A stretch of DNA of 53,721 nucleotides from Minisyncoccota bacterium (GCA_035438745.1 DAORIX010000004.1:1-53721); one strand, 5' to 3'. Shown: positions 35,881 to 46,165, counted from the first letter of the stretch. Numbers and translations: made by a program. The notes: generated by a model from the sequence alone, not told the origin.

Positions 35881-37095
35881 ATGGCAACTAAAAAAACAAC
35901 AAAAAAAGTAAAGTCTGTAGCTAAACGGTCGGTTGCTCAAAAGAAAACCAAAGCCGTAAAGAGTAAGGCTGTCAAAAAACCAAAGGCATCAAAAGCGCCA
36001 GTAGTTAAAGTTTCTAAAAAGGCAAAGGATCTCGATACCAAAGCAAACAAACTCATTCACAAAGGTAAGGAGCGTGGATTCGTTACGTTTGATGAAATTT
36101 TGAAAGAGTTTCCAACAATTGAGGACGACATTATTTTCCTTGATGAGTTGTATACAAAATTTACTGTTGCCGGCATCGATGTGCTTGAGAGTGGTGGCAT
36201 GCTTGACATCGAACAGGAGGAACCTACAAAACGTTATGGTGGAGGAAAAACAGGCGAATCTTCATATGACTCTATTCAGATGTACTTGAAGGAAATTGGT
36301 CAGTATCCTCTCGTATCCGCAGCGATGGAAAAAGAGCTCGCTCGTCGCATTGAGGCAGGAGATGATGAGGCAAAGAATTTGCTCGCAAAAGCGAACCTCC
36401 GTCTCGTTGTGTCTATTGCAAAAAAGTATGTTGGACGAAGTGCAGACCTCACTCTCCTCGACTTGATTCAAGAGGGAAATCTCGGTTTGTTCAAGGCCGT
36501 AGACAAGTTTGACTGGACCAAGGGGTACAAATTTTCAACATATGCAACATGGTGGATTCGTCAGGCTATCACTCGCGCACTCGCTGATCAGTCTCGAACC
36601 ATTCGTGTGCCAGTACACATGGTTGAAACCATTGCAAAATACAAACAGGTAGTACGTCGTCTCTCTCAGGATTTGGGACGTGATCCTTTACCTGATGAAA
36701 TTGCGGTTGAAATGGGTCTTGATGTAGACAAGGTGTATCAGATTGAAAAAATTGATCAGGATACAGTTTCTCTCGAAAGCCCTGTGGGTGATGATGGAGA
36801 TGATGGAAAATCAACTCTCGGAGATTTTCTTTCAGACGACAAAATTTTGTCTCCCGATCAAGAATCGTCTCGTCGTATTCTCACTGATCAGGTCAAGGAA
36901 ATACTTGATGATCTCTCTCCAAAAGAACGAAAGATTTTGGAAATGAGACATGGGCTCATGGACGGTATTACTCACACCCTCGAAGAAGTAGGCAAGGAGT
37001 TTGGCGTCACTCGTGAACGTATCAGACAGATTGAAGCAAAGGCACACGAAAAGATACGACAGCATGAAAAAATAAATAGACTTAAAAATTATTAA
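35881..37095 (+). CDS. rpoD: Primary sigma factor with Lys-rich N-terminus
   Basis: [11 protein letters not shown]; [13 protein letters not shown]; [10 protein letters not shown]; [13 protein letters not shown]; TRERIRQIE. Confidence 0.97.
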   Translation: MATKKTTKKVKSVAKRSVAQKKTKAVKSKAVKKPKASKAPVVKVSKKAKDLDTKANKLIHKGKERGFVTFDEILKEFPTIEDDIIFLDELYTKFTVAGIDVLESGGMLDIEQEEPTKRYGGGKTGESSYDSIQMYLKEIGQYPLVSAAMEKELARRIEAGDDEAKNLLAKANLRLVVSIAKKYVGRSADLTLLDLIQEGNLGLFKAVDKFDWTKGYKFSTYATWWIRQAITRALADQSRTIRVPVHMVETIAKYKQVVRRLSQDLGRDPLPDEIAVEMGLDVDKVYQIEKIDQDTVSLESPVGDDGDDGKSTLGDFLSDDKILSPDQESSRRILTDQVKEILDDLSPKERKILEMRHGLMDGITHTLEEVGKEFGVTRERIRQIEAKAHEKIRQHEKINRLKNY

Positions 37096-37098
37096 GAT

Positions 37099-37130
37099 AA
37101 AAACCGGAGTCACTGTGGACTCCGGTTTTT
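37099..37130. terminator. Bidirectional terminator
   Basis: AAAAACCGGAGTC-ACTGTG-GACTCCGGTTTTT. Confidence 0.85.
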
Positions 37131-37134
37131 GTTT

Positions 37135-37530
37135 TTAATGGTGAAGAACTTTGTAGGGCATGTAACGGGGAATGTAGTGCGCAACAAAAGGAGTTACGTA
37201 ATACAAGTGAGTGAGGTACGTTTGCTGATCCAGAATTATTGGATTCAGTGTTCGACCTCCATCGATTACCACTTCAAAATGATGTTCTCTTGTAAAAGAA
37301 CACACGTCAAGTGCAAGGAGTATTTCCCAAAGCGCATCGTCTTTTTTCCCTGCCATGTATTCCCATGATAGGTAGACGTGTTTTTTGTTTTTTTGATCGT
37401 AGCGAGGGTTGAGACGAAGATAATGATCTTCGAATAGGTGCAGTATCCTTTTTTTACGGTTTGGGTGAGCCTTGAGGGCGATCCCACGACAATAGAAGGT
37501 GACTTCTTCGAATATGTCTGTGCGGTGCAT
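37135..37530 (-). CDS. Hypothetical protein (131 aa)
   Basis: Fills the rpoD-helicase gap and ends at the terminator. Confidence 0.6.
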   Translation of the reverse strand: MHRTDIFEEVTFYCRGIALKAHPNRKKRILHLFEDHYLRLNPRYDQKNKKHVYLSWEYMAGKKDDALWEILLALDVCSFTREHHFEVVIDGGRTLNPIILDQQTYLTHLYYVTPFVAHYIPRYMPYKVLHH

Positions 37531-37606
37531 GTAATGTGAAATGTTCCTCTAGTACACTAGCATATATGTTCATGAAGGCTAGTGCTCCTGATGCTATACT
37601 GTCTTT

Positions 37607-40528
37607 ATGACGTCACTATTCGACACCCAGTACAAAAGGCTCAATAAGGGCCAAAAAGAGGCGGTAGACGCTATTGAGGGGCCTGTAATGGTCATTGCAG
37701 GCCCTGGAACGGGTAAAACAACGATTCTAACGCTTCGTATTGCCCGTATACTTCAAAAGACCGATACACCTCCATCGGGTCTTTTAGCGCTTACTTTTAC
37801 CGATTCTGGTGTAAAAGCCATGAAGACAAAGCTTCGAGGTCTCATAGGAAGTCGCGCCGATGAGGTGGGTATTTTTACCTATCATAGTTTTGCGTCCTCT
37901 ATCATCACACAGTACAGAGAACACTTTCCTCATTGTGCTCAGGCTGAACAGCTCTCAGATATCGAAGCCGAACTCTACATCAGAGATATACTTCGCACCA
38001 AAGAGTATGCACCGCTACGACCGCTCGGAGAGCCTGATTTGTATATTGGTGTGATTTTAAAAACGATTAGTGAGGCAAAGAGGGAGGCGTGGACGCCCCT
38101 CATGATTAAAGGTTTTGCCACTGAAGAAATAAAACGTATCAAAGAAGATCCCGCATCTCTGTCTACTCGTGGTACCACAAAAGGTCAGCTCAAGGCCGAG
38201 GTTTTGAAGAGAATTGAACGCTGTGAAAAAACAATACTCTTTTCTTCTGTGTACGAAGCCTATGAACAAAAGAAAAAAGAAGAAAAAAAGTTGGATTTCG
38301 ATGATCTTATCTTTGAACTCATGCTCGGTATAAAGCATGACAGTCTGCTCAAAAGTTTGGTGCAAGAAAAGTATCTCTACGTGCTCGTTGATGAACATCA
38401 GGATACCAACAATTCACAAAACGAGATTATTCAGTCTATTGTCGATTTTTTTGATACTCCAAATCTTTTTGTTGTAGGAGATGAGAAGCAGGCTATTTAT
38501 CGTTTTCAAGGAGCTTCTGTTGCTAACTTTGTCCGTTTTGAACATATGTGGGGAGGTATGAAAGTTATATCACTCACCGACAATTATCGTTCTCATCAGA
38601 GTATCTTGGACGCAAGTTTTTCAATGATTGAACATAACTACACTGATACTGAGCATGCTCCTGCGCGCATTCGTTTGGTCTCGGGAACATCGAACGCTTC
38701 GCGACCTCTCGAAGTAATATCGGCAGGAAACATGTGGGCATTGGAAGAGCGTCTCGTACGCGAATTACAGTCGATCGTGGAGCATCATCCGCACAAAACA
38801 GTAGCTATCATTGTTCGTACAAACAAGAATGTAGAGCGTGTACTTGCACTCTGTGAAGAGCAAGGTATTCCTGTATCCGCCGAACGAGGAATCAATATAT
38901 TCAAACACCCAGTAGGGATACTTTTTTTCGATCTCGCTCTCTACTTTTCTGATATTTCACAGGTAGAATCGCTTGCTCGCACAATTGCTCTGGGCTTGTG
39001 GGATATGTCATTCGACACGCGCACTGCGCTCATTCAGAAAATTCGAAGTGGCGCTGTTTCAGAATGCGTAAAAGAAATTCCGGTACTTGATGTGTTGTGG
39101 AAAGAGTTGCTACAGAGCACTCCTCTCGGCTTTATTGTTCGTCTGGGTGCATTATCTGGACTTGTCTCAAAAACAACAGACGATCCTGTTTCCTCCGAAG
39201 TCTGGCGCTCAATTGTCTCTCTCGCAAGTGATATTGCTTCTCGCAAAAACATACAGGACGTCGGTACTCTTCTTGTTGAGTTGTGTGCATACAAAAAATC
39301 AGCCGATACTCGCACTATCAAAGTTGCAACAGGAAAAGTCTCTGCGCAGATAGAGGTAATGACCGCTCACTCTGCAAAGGGTCTCGAGTATGATTATGTA
39401 TTCATTCCGTATGCCACTGAGGAATCATGGATGTCTCGTGTACACGGTCCATCTTTTGTATTACCTCAAGAAAAAAATGAAGGAGACGAAGTGAGAGATG
39501 CGCGCAGACTGTTTTATGTTGCTATTACTCGCGCACGTGAGCATGTGTGCATTCTTATTCCGCAAACTCGAGAAACAGGACAGGAGCTCACACCGCTTCG
39601 TTTTGTAAGCGAGCTTCACAGTGACCATGTTTCAACAGTTGAAATCCCTTCTGTGCAGAATGTTCCAACGGCACGAAACCTCGAGACTCTTTTTTCTGAT
39701 AGAAAGACCGCTTTACAGGAATATGCAAAGCGAATACTTCTCGAAAAAGGTTTGTCGGTAACAGCTCTCAATCATTTTATGAAATGTCCTCAGACATTTT
39801 TTTACAAGAGTATACTCAAAGTACCCGAAGCTCCTCACCCAAGTTCTGAAAAGGGTAACGCTATGCACAAGGCTTTTTCTGCGGTGTGGAATAGTACCGA
39901 TAGATCTATTCAAGCAATAACCGATACTATTGTGCTCTCTGTGCAAGAGTACTTTGCACATTCTCTCTTACCTGTGTTTGAAAAGGAAATGGCGTCACTT
40001 GAACTTACAAAAAATGCTCCGATTGTGGCAAAGGCTCTCCATGAACATTTTGCTTCGGTAGAGAAAGCGCTTTCCGAAAATTGGTATGAACGAATTCTTG
40101 AGGTGATCTATGACGGGGCAGTGATACCGTTGAAACTTCACGGAAGGATGGATGCAGTTGTCGAAATGGGAAATAGTGTTTTTGTCTATGATTATAAAAC
40201 ACGAGAGGCAATGAGTCCTACGGCGATTCGAGGTGAAACAAAGAATTCAGACGGCGCTTATTTTAGGCAACTTGTTTTCTACAAGATTCTCCTTGCTTCA
40301 CACCCATCGTATATTTCGAAATCTATCGAGCCGGCTCTAGTTTTTGTTAAACCTGACGACAAGGGACGTTGTCCTATTATTTCTTTGCCTATTGAAAAAG
40401 CTGATGTATTAGTAGCTCTCTCTGAGATTGAGTCACTCGTGAGGGCTGTCTGGTCGGGAACACTTTTTGACTCTCATTGTGATGATGCCGAATGTGAATG
40501 GTGTTCATTTAAAAAACATCTCGCATAA
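37607..40528 (+). CDS. UvrD/PcrA-type SF1 helicase with C-terminal PD-(D/E)XK nuclease domain
   Basis: AGPGTGKT; LVDEHQDTN; VGDEKQAIYRFQGA; MTAHSAKGLEY; RRLFYVAITRA; HGRMDAV...VYDYKT; QLVFY. Confidence 0.92.
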   Translation: MTSLFDTQYKRLNKGQKEAVDAIEGPVMVIAGPGTGKTTILTLRIARILQKTDTPPSGLLALTFTDSGVKAMKTKLRGLIGSRADEVGIFTYHSFASSIITQYREHFPHCAQAEQLSDIEAELYIRDILRTKEYAPLRPLGEPDLYIGVILKTISEAKREAWTPLMIKGFATEEIKRIKEDPASLSTRGTTKGQLKAEVLKRIERCEKTILFSSVYEAYEQKKKEEKKLDFDDLIFELMLGIKHDSLLKSLVQEKYLYVLVDEHQDTNNSQNEIIQSIVDFFDTPNLFVVGDEKQAIYRFQGASVANFVRFEHMWGGMKVISLTDNYRSHQSILDASFSMIEHNYTDTEHAPARIRLVSGTSNASRPLEVISAGNMWALEERLVRELQSIVEHHPHKTVAIIVRTNKNVERVLALCEEQGIPVSAERGINIFKHPVGILFFDLALYFSDISQVESLARTIALGLWDMSFDTRTALIQKIRSGAVSECVKEIPVLDVLWKELLQSTPLGFIVRLGALSGLVSKTTDDPVSSEVWRSIVSLASDIASRKNIQDVGTLLVELCAYKKSADTRTIKVATGKVSAQIEVMTAHSAKGLEYDYVFIPYATEESWMSRVHGPSFVLPQEKNEGDEVRDARRLFYVAITRAREHVCILIPQTRETGQELTPLRFVSELHSDHVSTVEIPSVQNVPTARNLETLFSDRKTALQEYAKRILLEKGLSVTALNHFMKCPQTFFYKSILKVPEAPHPSSEKGNAMHKAFSAVWNSTDRSIQAITDTIVLSVQEYFAHSLLPVFEKEMASLELTKNAPIVAKALHEHFASVEKALSENWYERILEVIYDGAVIPLKLHGRMDAVVEMGNSVFVYDYKTREAMSPTAIRGETKNSDGAYFRQLVFYKILLASHPSYISKSIEPALVFVKPDDKGRCPIISLPIEKADVLVALSEIESLVRAVWSGTLFDSHCDDAECEWCSFKKHLA

Positions 40529-40560
40529 AAAAACAGAGCGCCTTCTGGAGCTCTGTTTTT
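40527..40560. terminator. Bidirectional terminator
   Basis: AAAAAAACAGAGC...GCTCTGTTTTT. Confidence 0.75.
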
Positions 40561-40568
40561 AGGGATGA

Positions 40569-41273
40569 CTATTTATTGTTGAGGAGTGCGTCAATGATTT
40601 GTTTCATATCGGCATAGGGGAGAGCGCCCTGTGTGATTGGTATGTTCTGATCTTTTGTAACGATGACGCTAAAAGGAGTTCCTCTTCCTCCTCCTTTGAT
40701 TGCGTCTTGTACCTGAGCTTCAACTTTTGATGCGTACTTACCGCTGGTAAAGCAGGTTTCGAAAGCTGTTTTGTCTATACCGAGAGATGCTGCGATCTTA
40801 GAAAGCTCTGCAACACTGTTGGTATCGTTTGCCGTCGTGCTATTTGAAAGGGTATCAAGGTATGCCCAAAACTTTGTGCTTCCACCGAGTTCTGCAACGC
40901 ATTCAGTTGCTTCTGCTTTTTTGCGTGCGTTTGGATGGAGACTGTCGAGAGGGAAATGACGATATACCCACGCTACTTTTCCGGTGCTTCCGTACTCATC
41001 AATGATTTGATGAAGTGTGGTATGAAAACGTTTACAGAAGGGACAATCAATATCAGAAAATTCAACAATTTTTATCGTAGCATCAGGGTTACCAAGGATG
41101 TGATCATCTCCTGTAATTTTTTTGATATCTCCTCCTGTTGTTGTGGTTGGTGTAGAGTCTGTGTTTGCTGGCGCCTGTCCTCGTCCGCTCCAGTATACGG
41201 CTCCTGCAATGAGTATGCCTGCGATAACAATCGCGGCCGGCACTCCAAAAGCTGGTTTTTGTGATGGTTCCAT
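40569..41273 (-). CDS. DsbA/BdbD-family thiol-disulfide oxidoreductase
   Basis: N-terminal TM segment; EFSDIDCPFC; YRHFPL; GTP; GALPY. Confidence 0.92.
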   Translation of the reverse strand: MEPSQKPAFGVPAAIVIAGILIAGAVYWSGRGQAPANTDSTPTTTTGGDIKKITGDDHILGNPDATIKIVEFSDIDCPFCKRFHTTLHQIIDEYGSTGKVAWVYRHFPLDSLHPNARKKAEATECVAELGGSTKFWAYLDTLSNSTTANDTNSVAELSKIAASLGIDKTAFETCFTSGKYASKVEAQVQDAIKGGGRGTPFSVIVTKDQNIPITQGALPYADMKQIIDALLNNK

Positions 41274-41329
41274 AAATGTTATTATTTAATACAGCGTGTA
41301 TTATACACTATGCACTATTTCTTATCATT

Positions 41330-42133
41330 ATGAATTTTTTTGATGCGATTGTTTTAGGTATTGTTCAAGGGCTCACGGAATTTATTCCTGTTTCATCCTC
41401 GGCTCATCTGATTATTGTGCGTGATTTTTTGGGCATACGGCCTGAGGGCGGACTCGCTTTTGATGCGATATTGCAATTAGCTACCATTCTCGCTGTTGCG
41501 GTTTATTTTTATAAAGACATATATACTTTGTGTCGCTCTCTGTTGTTGTGGGTTTTAAAAAAAGAGGTGACTCCCGAGCACAAGACACTCATTATTTCTA
41601 TTGCTGTCGGTACGGTACCCGCGGTGGTGTTGGGACTATTTCTCGAATCGTATATGGATACGGTTTTTCGGACGGTGATACTCACATCGGTGACTCTCAT
41701 ACTGGGAAGCTGTATTTTTTTCCTAGCAGAGAAGTATGCTCGTTATAATCAAACACTGTCACCAAAAAAAGGTTTCATTATTGGCTTCTTTCAAGCGCTC
41801 GCACTCATTCCGGGAATGTCTCGTTCGGGCATGACCATATCAGGAGGATTGTTTTTAGGACTGTCTCGTGAGATGGCAACGCGGTTTAGTTTTCTCCTTT
41901 CTCTACCTATTATTACCGGATCTGGTTTAAAAAAAGTGTATGACCTTTTTTCACAAGGGGAGATGGGTGGTGTTGGCGGGCAGGTGCTCGTGGCTTCTTT
42001 TTTTGCTTTTTGTGTGGGACTCATGGCTATTCATTTTTTGATAACCTACCTTAAAAAGCACTCACTCTCTATTTTTGCGTGGTATCGCATTGTTTTGGCG
42101 CTTGCATTGATTGCCTTCAGTTTTTGGAAATAA
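41330..42133 (+). CDS. uppP: Undecaprenyl-diphosphate phosphatase
   Basis: LGIVQGLTEFIPVSSSAH; PGMSRSGMTI; RFSFLLSLP. Start moved to 41330. Confidence 0.96.
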   Translation: MNFFDAIVLGIVQGLTEFIPVSSSAHLIIVRDFLGIRPEGGLAFDAILQLATILAVAVYFYKDIYTLCRSLLLWVLKKEVTPEHKTLIISIAVGTVPAVVLGLFLESYMDTVFRTVILTSVTLILGSCIFFLAEKYARYNQTLSPKKGFIIGFFQALALIPGMSRSGMTISGGLFLGLSREMATRFSFLLSLPIITGSGLKKVYDLFSQGEMGGVGGQVLVASFFAFCVGLMAIHFLITYLKKHSLSIFAWYRIVLALALIAFSFWK

Positions 42134-42177
42134 AAAGAACCACACGATTTCTCGTGTGGTTCGAAGGGAAGAGGCGA

Positions 42178-42657
42178 TTAGTTCTCTTCTACTAGTTCTA
42201 TGTTTTTTTCTGATCTTTTTCCTGCTTCGATGAAGTCGATCAGCTCTCCTCTACTGCCAATTTGGTAGTGTTTACCGACCGCTATGATTCCATGGGATCT
42301 TATGGGTATTTCCACGAATTTAGCTTTGGCGGTAAGAATGCTTTTAAGTATGGTATAATCACGGTACTTGTCTGTCGCCATGACTTTTACTATCTCTCCA
42401 ACTTCGAAGACGTCTTCAGTAGGAACTGCCAGACCTTTTTGCTTGTTGATTTTGTCGCTAAAATACTTATCTTGTTTTTTAGCTAGGTAATATAAGGCAG
42501 AAAATGCGAGGAGGATGACTCCGGAGGATAACCACATCGTTGTGGTGAAGTCCCATTCGTGGTCCCTAAATTCAAACCCGACTCTGAGGGAAGCTAAGCA
42601 CATGACAATGAACGTGATAATGGTCATTGTCAGCGTCTGTAACGTACAAGAGTACAT
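42178..42657 (-). CDS. Hypothetical protein, two TM helices plus a beta-barrel-like C-terminus
   Basis: AAAGGAAAGG SD 7 nt before ATG 42657; own consensus promoter. Confidence 0.7.
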   Translation of the reverse strand: MYSCTLQTLTMTIITFIVMCLASLRVGFEFRDHEWDFTTTMWLSSGVILLAFSALYYLAKKQDKYFSDKINKQKGLAVPTEDVFEVGEIVKVMATDKYRDYTILKSILTAKAKFVEIPIRSHGIIAVGKHYQIGSRGELIDFIEAGKRSEKNIELVEEN

Positions 42658-42758
42658 TTGGTAACCTTTCCTTTGTTGTGAACGAGCAGAGTAGTGTGTT
42701 CTTTTTGAAAGCTCCGTGCCGAAGCACGCGTTCAAAAAGACTACCCTTTACATAATTA

Positions 42759-42787
42759 ATTATACACCCTTTATAGGTGTTTGTCAA
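42759..42787 (-). promoter_or_regulatory. Perfect sigma70 promoter with a palindromic spacer
   Basis: TTGACA, 17 bp, TATAAT; ACACC-TATAAAG-GGTGT inverted repeat in the spacer. Confidence 0.8.
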
Positions 42788-42811
42788 TTGTTTAGTAGGG
42801 CGGGTAGAGGG

Positions 42812-43387
42812 CTAAAAACCTAGTGTGAAGGTCTCTTTTTTTTCGTCTTTCTTTTCCCAGTTCGAAGGGTCAATGGGTATGTCTTTTGCTACGCCCATGT
42901 CTTTGTATTTGAGGTGTTTGTTCTTGAGAGCGTATTCGTAGAGCTCTTTGGTGATTCGTACGTCTTCGGTACAGTATTTAATTATCTTGTCTACTTCTCC
43001 TGTTTTCCACCAGCCGATAGCCTCGAGTCCGTGTCCGGATTTGTTTCTACCGAGAGTTGCCTCTGCGATTGAATCTAGTTTTATTCTTTTCCCGAGTGAG
43101 TTTTTGACTTCTTTGAGGAGATCAATAGATTTTATGTGTTTTAAATCTTTTTTGTAGTATTTTTCGAGGAGAGGAATATCAAAATGGTCTCCATTAAATG
43201 TAATGAGTATGTCTGCTTGTTCAATAAGAGGCCAGAGTTTTGAGTAGTCAGGATCCACAAAGCTCGAGTAGGTGTCGGTTAGAGAATCGTGTATACAGAC
43301 AACAGAAATATCAAGGTCAGCGGGATTGTTAGATCCAACATCCTGAAAGAGGTTTTTGGTTTCAATATCAAATGTTATTTTTCTCAT
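42812..43387 (-). CDS. RNase H-like (YprB/DEDD) 3'-5' exonuclease domain protein
   Basis: TFDIET; TFNGDHFDIP; YCTEDV. Confidence 0.88.
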   Translation of the reverse strand: MRKITFDIETKNLFQDVGSNNPADLDISVVCIHDSLTDTYSSFVDPDYSKLWPLIEQADILITFNGDHFDIPLLEKYYKKDLKHIKSIDLLKEVKNSLGKRIKLDSIAEATLGRNKSGHGLEAIGWWKTGEVDKIIKYCTEDVRITKELYEYALKNKHLKYKDMGVAKDIPIDPSNWEKKDEKKETFTLGF

Positions 43388-43411
43388 GTATTCGTGGAAG
43401 CGAGATAGGTC

Positions 43412-44728
43412 TTATTCTTCTTTTGGAGCGAGTGCGCTTATGAGGTTTTCTTCTGTTACCTCGATTTCTTTTCCTGTGGGGAGGTGTTTTATTTTAAATT
43501 TCTTTCCTTTTATCTCATCTTCTCCGATAACGACAATAAAAGGTATTTTTCTCTTATCTGCACCTTTTATCTGGTCACTTATTTTTTTGTTTGAGAAATC
43601 AATACTTACTGATGCGCCTTCGCCTCGGATTTTTTGTGCTACATCGTGTGCGTAGGGTAGGGCGTCGGGAGAAACTACACAGAGCGCTATTTCGGCAGGT
43701 GCTTTGTACGCAGGTAGCTTTCCATAGGTTTCGAGTACGTCTCGTAGTGTTACATCTCCCATACCAAAACCAACAGCCGGCACTTTGTCTGTATTGAATA
43801 TAGAGAGGAGGTCGTCATAGCGTCCACCTCCAAAGAGTGCGCGTCTGTTTTTCTCGTTTTTATCAAATATTTCGAAAACGATGCCGGTATAGTAGTCAAA
43901 ACCACGCATGAGCGTTTGATCAAAGACTACATTGGTAACGCCGAGTTCTTCGAGTCGAGCTATTACTGTTTTGATTTCCTTGAGTAGGCCGTCAGCTTCC
44001 TTGAGCTTCATGCTCTCTGTGAATTCTTCGAGATTTTTTGAGTTGAGGAGGGTGAGAAACGCGGTTGTGTGTGCACCTGCGAGCTCGCTTACTTTGTTTT
44101 TGAAATCTTCCGCACTCATCTTGTCTTTTTTGTCGATGAGTTTGCCGAGAGCGTGAGCTGTTTCGCTCGGGAAGGAGAAGAGATCGTGAAGGACGAGGTT
44201 TATGATTTTTCTACTATTGATACGAATTTCAAACTCATTGTCTTCGATACCAAAATTACGCATGAGGGTATGCGCGAGGGATATGATTTCTATTTCTGCT
44301 TCGTTTGATTCTACGCCGAATATGTCCACGTTGAGTTGCCAGTGTTCTCGTAGGCGTCCACGTTGAGGTTTCTCATAGCGAAAAAGGTTCGGTATTGAAT
44401 ACCATCTCAAAGGAAAGACGAGCTCTCTCTTCTTTTGGGCAACCATGCGTGCCACGGTAGGGGTCATTTCTGGCCGTAGAGTTACTTCTCGATCACCGCG
44501 GTCTTTGAATGTATAGGTTTGTTCGTTTACTATTTCTTCGCCTGATTTTGCGCGATAGAGCTCTGCGGGCTCGAGTACGGATGCGTCATACTCTTCGTAG
44601 CCAAAAGAACGTACTGTTTTTTTCCAGACTTCCTTAATATAGTTTTGAATATACTGATCCTCGGGGTAGAAGTCTCTCACACCCTTGTAGCTTTCTGTTT
44701 CGAGGACATGTGTTTTTTTCTCTGGCAT
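43412..44728 (-). CDS. hisS: Histidine-tRNA ligase
   Basis: KGVRDFYP; LRPEMTP; FRYEKPQRGRLREHWQ; RGFDYYTG; GGGRYD. Confidence 0.97.
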   Translation of the reverse strand: MPEKKTHVLETESYKGVRDFYPEDQYIQNYIKEVWKKTVRSFGYEEYDASVLEPAELYRAKSGEEIVNEQTYTFKDRGDREVTLRPEMTPTVARMVAQKKRELVFPLRWYSIPNLFRYEKPQRGRLREHWQLNVDIFGVESNEAEIEIISLAHTLMRNFGIEDNEFEIRINSRKIINLVLHDLFSFPSETAHALGKLIDKKDKMSAEDFKNKVSELAGAHTTAFLTLLNSKNLEEFTESMKLKEADGLLKEIKTVIARLEELGVTNVVFDQTLMRGFDYYTGIVFEIFDKNEKNRRALFGGGRYDDLLSIFNTDKVPAVGFGMGDVTLRDVLETYGKLPAYKAPAEIALCVVSPDALPYAHDVAQKIRGEGASVSIDFSNKKISDQIKGADKRKIPFIVVIGEDEIKGKKFKIKHLPTGKEIEVTEENLISALAPKEE

Positions 44729-44791
44729 ATAGTTTCTAGTATTGTAGCCGAAAAAGTAGTCTTGAACAAATGATGTGTTAGTATCAAAGTA

Positions 44792-45532
44792 ATGCTCAAT
44801 CTGTACAAAAAAATCGGTGAGACGCCTCTCGAGTGTCTGAATAGATTTCGTATTTTTAATCCTGCGTATAAAAACACGACCTTGTCGTATGCAGGGAGGC
44901 TCGACCCTATGGCTGAAGGAGTGCTTTTGGTTATGGAAGGGGATGAAAACAAGCGTAGGGACACGTATCTCAATTTCGACAAAGAATATGAGACAGAAAT
45001 AGTGTTTGGTGTTTCAACCGATACTTTTGATGTGCTCGGACTTGTTTCCTCGTGCGTAGGTTCTGCATTCGATGCATCTTATGCGCGCACACTCATAGAT
45101 GGTATGCCACGTTCTTTTGATCAGGAGTATCCACCGTATTCTTCGAAGACGGTGGGGGGTGTGCCTCTTTTTGAACTAGCTCGCAAGGGCGTGTCTTTTA
45201 TTCTTCCAAAGAAACACGTTTCTTTGTCGAGAAGCATCGTTCTCAGTGTGAGGTCGCTTTCTTTTGTCGAATTACTTAATTGTGTTGAGGGGAAAATAGC
45301 TCTCGTAAAGGGTGATTTTCGACAGGAAGCTATTGGTGCACGTTGGAGAGAGGTTTTGAGTAAGGATTATTCTTTTGTTGTTTTGAAACTATCTTTGGTT
45401 GCTTCAAGTGGTTTTTATGTTCGCACATTTGCGGATGTGCTTGGTAAAAAGGTGGGGTGCGGAGCTACCGTGCTTTCAATAAAGAGAATGCGCGCGGGTA
45501 CGTATACCGTTGGAGATTCGCTTGTCTTTTAA
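44792..45532 (+). CDS. truB: tRNA pseudouridine synthase TruB-like (short form)
   Basis: YAGRLDPMAEGVL; KEYE...FGVSTDTFD; QEYPPYSSK; SSGFYVR. Confidence 0.85.
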   Translation: MLNLYKKIGETPLECLNRFRIFNPAYKNTTLSYAGRLDPMAEGVLLVMEGDENKRRDTYLNFDKEYETEIVFGVSTDTFDVLGLVSSCVGSAFDASYARTLIDGMPRSFDQEYPPYSSKTVGGVPLFELARKGVSFILPKKHVSLSRSIVLSVRSLSFVELLNCVEGKIALVKGDFRQEAIGARWREVLSKDYSFVVLKLSLVASSGFYVRTFADVLGKKVGCGATVLSIKRMRAGTYTVGDSLVF

Positions 45533-46002
45533 ATCCTGCCGTTGAGATAGTGGTCTTCGATAAAGCTTCGGAGTTCGTCTTGGCTTGCAACGTAGCGCAC
45601 GAGATCATCCATGACAACAATGGCGCTGATGCTTCCTATCACAAAAAGCGAGATGGTCGCGAAACGTATGTGCCATGACCATGTGTCATGTTTTTTCCAT
45701 ACTTGATAGAGGAGAAAGACCGCGTAGAGAGATAGAGTAAAGGGGAGTATGAGGGTGAGTATAAAGAGAATCCCCCAAAACAGGTGTGAAATAGAGAGTA
45801 ATACCGTAGAGGTAACAACGGTATAAAAAATATATTTAAATGCCAAGTATACGTTCTCTGTATAGTAGAGCGCTGTGTACGAATAGACGATTGCGTAGAG
45901 TATGGTGATTACAGAGCGGAGTCGTGGTGCAAAGTAAAAATGAATAAGTTCCACCATATAATCGTTAACGCCTGAGCGGGGAGCTGGTTTTTTGTCTGCC
46001 AT
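45529..46002 (-). CDS. Hypothetical membrane protein
   Basis: Four predicted hydrophobic segments. Confidence 0.7.
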   Translation of the reverse strand: MADKKPAPRSGVNDYMVELIHFYFAPRLRSVITILYAIVYSYTALYYTENVYLAFKYIFYTVVTSTVLLSISHLFWGILFILTLILPFTLSLYAVFLLYQVWKKHDTWSWHIRFATISLFVIGSISAIVVMDDLVRYVASQDELRSFIEDHYLNGRI

Positions 46003-46057
46003 AGTTTTCACTCTTTATCATTTTGGAGCTTTTGTCAATGGAGGCTCAAAATCTGCC

Positions 46058-46085
46058 TTGACATCACGCTTTTTATCTGTATACT
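46058..46085 (+). promoter_or_regulatory. Sigma70 promoter of the RRM gene
   Basis: TTGACA, 16 bp, TATACT with TG upstream. Confidence 0.7.
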
Positions 46086-46165
46086 AATAGGGTCGTCAGT
46101 TCTCAGAGGTTTGAAGCCAAAGGGGATAGGGTCGGACGATAGTTTATAACTAGAACCAAAACACA

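Noticed and set aside
42745-42775. dif-like site (TTATGTAAA on the minus strand)
   Set aside because: The XerC-like arm and 6-bp spacer do not fit; the sequence is better explained as the promoter -10 region.
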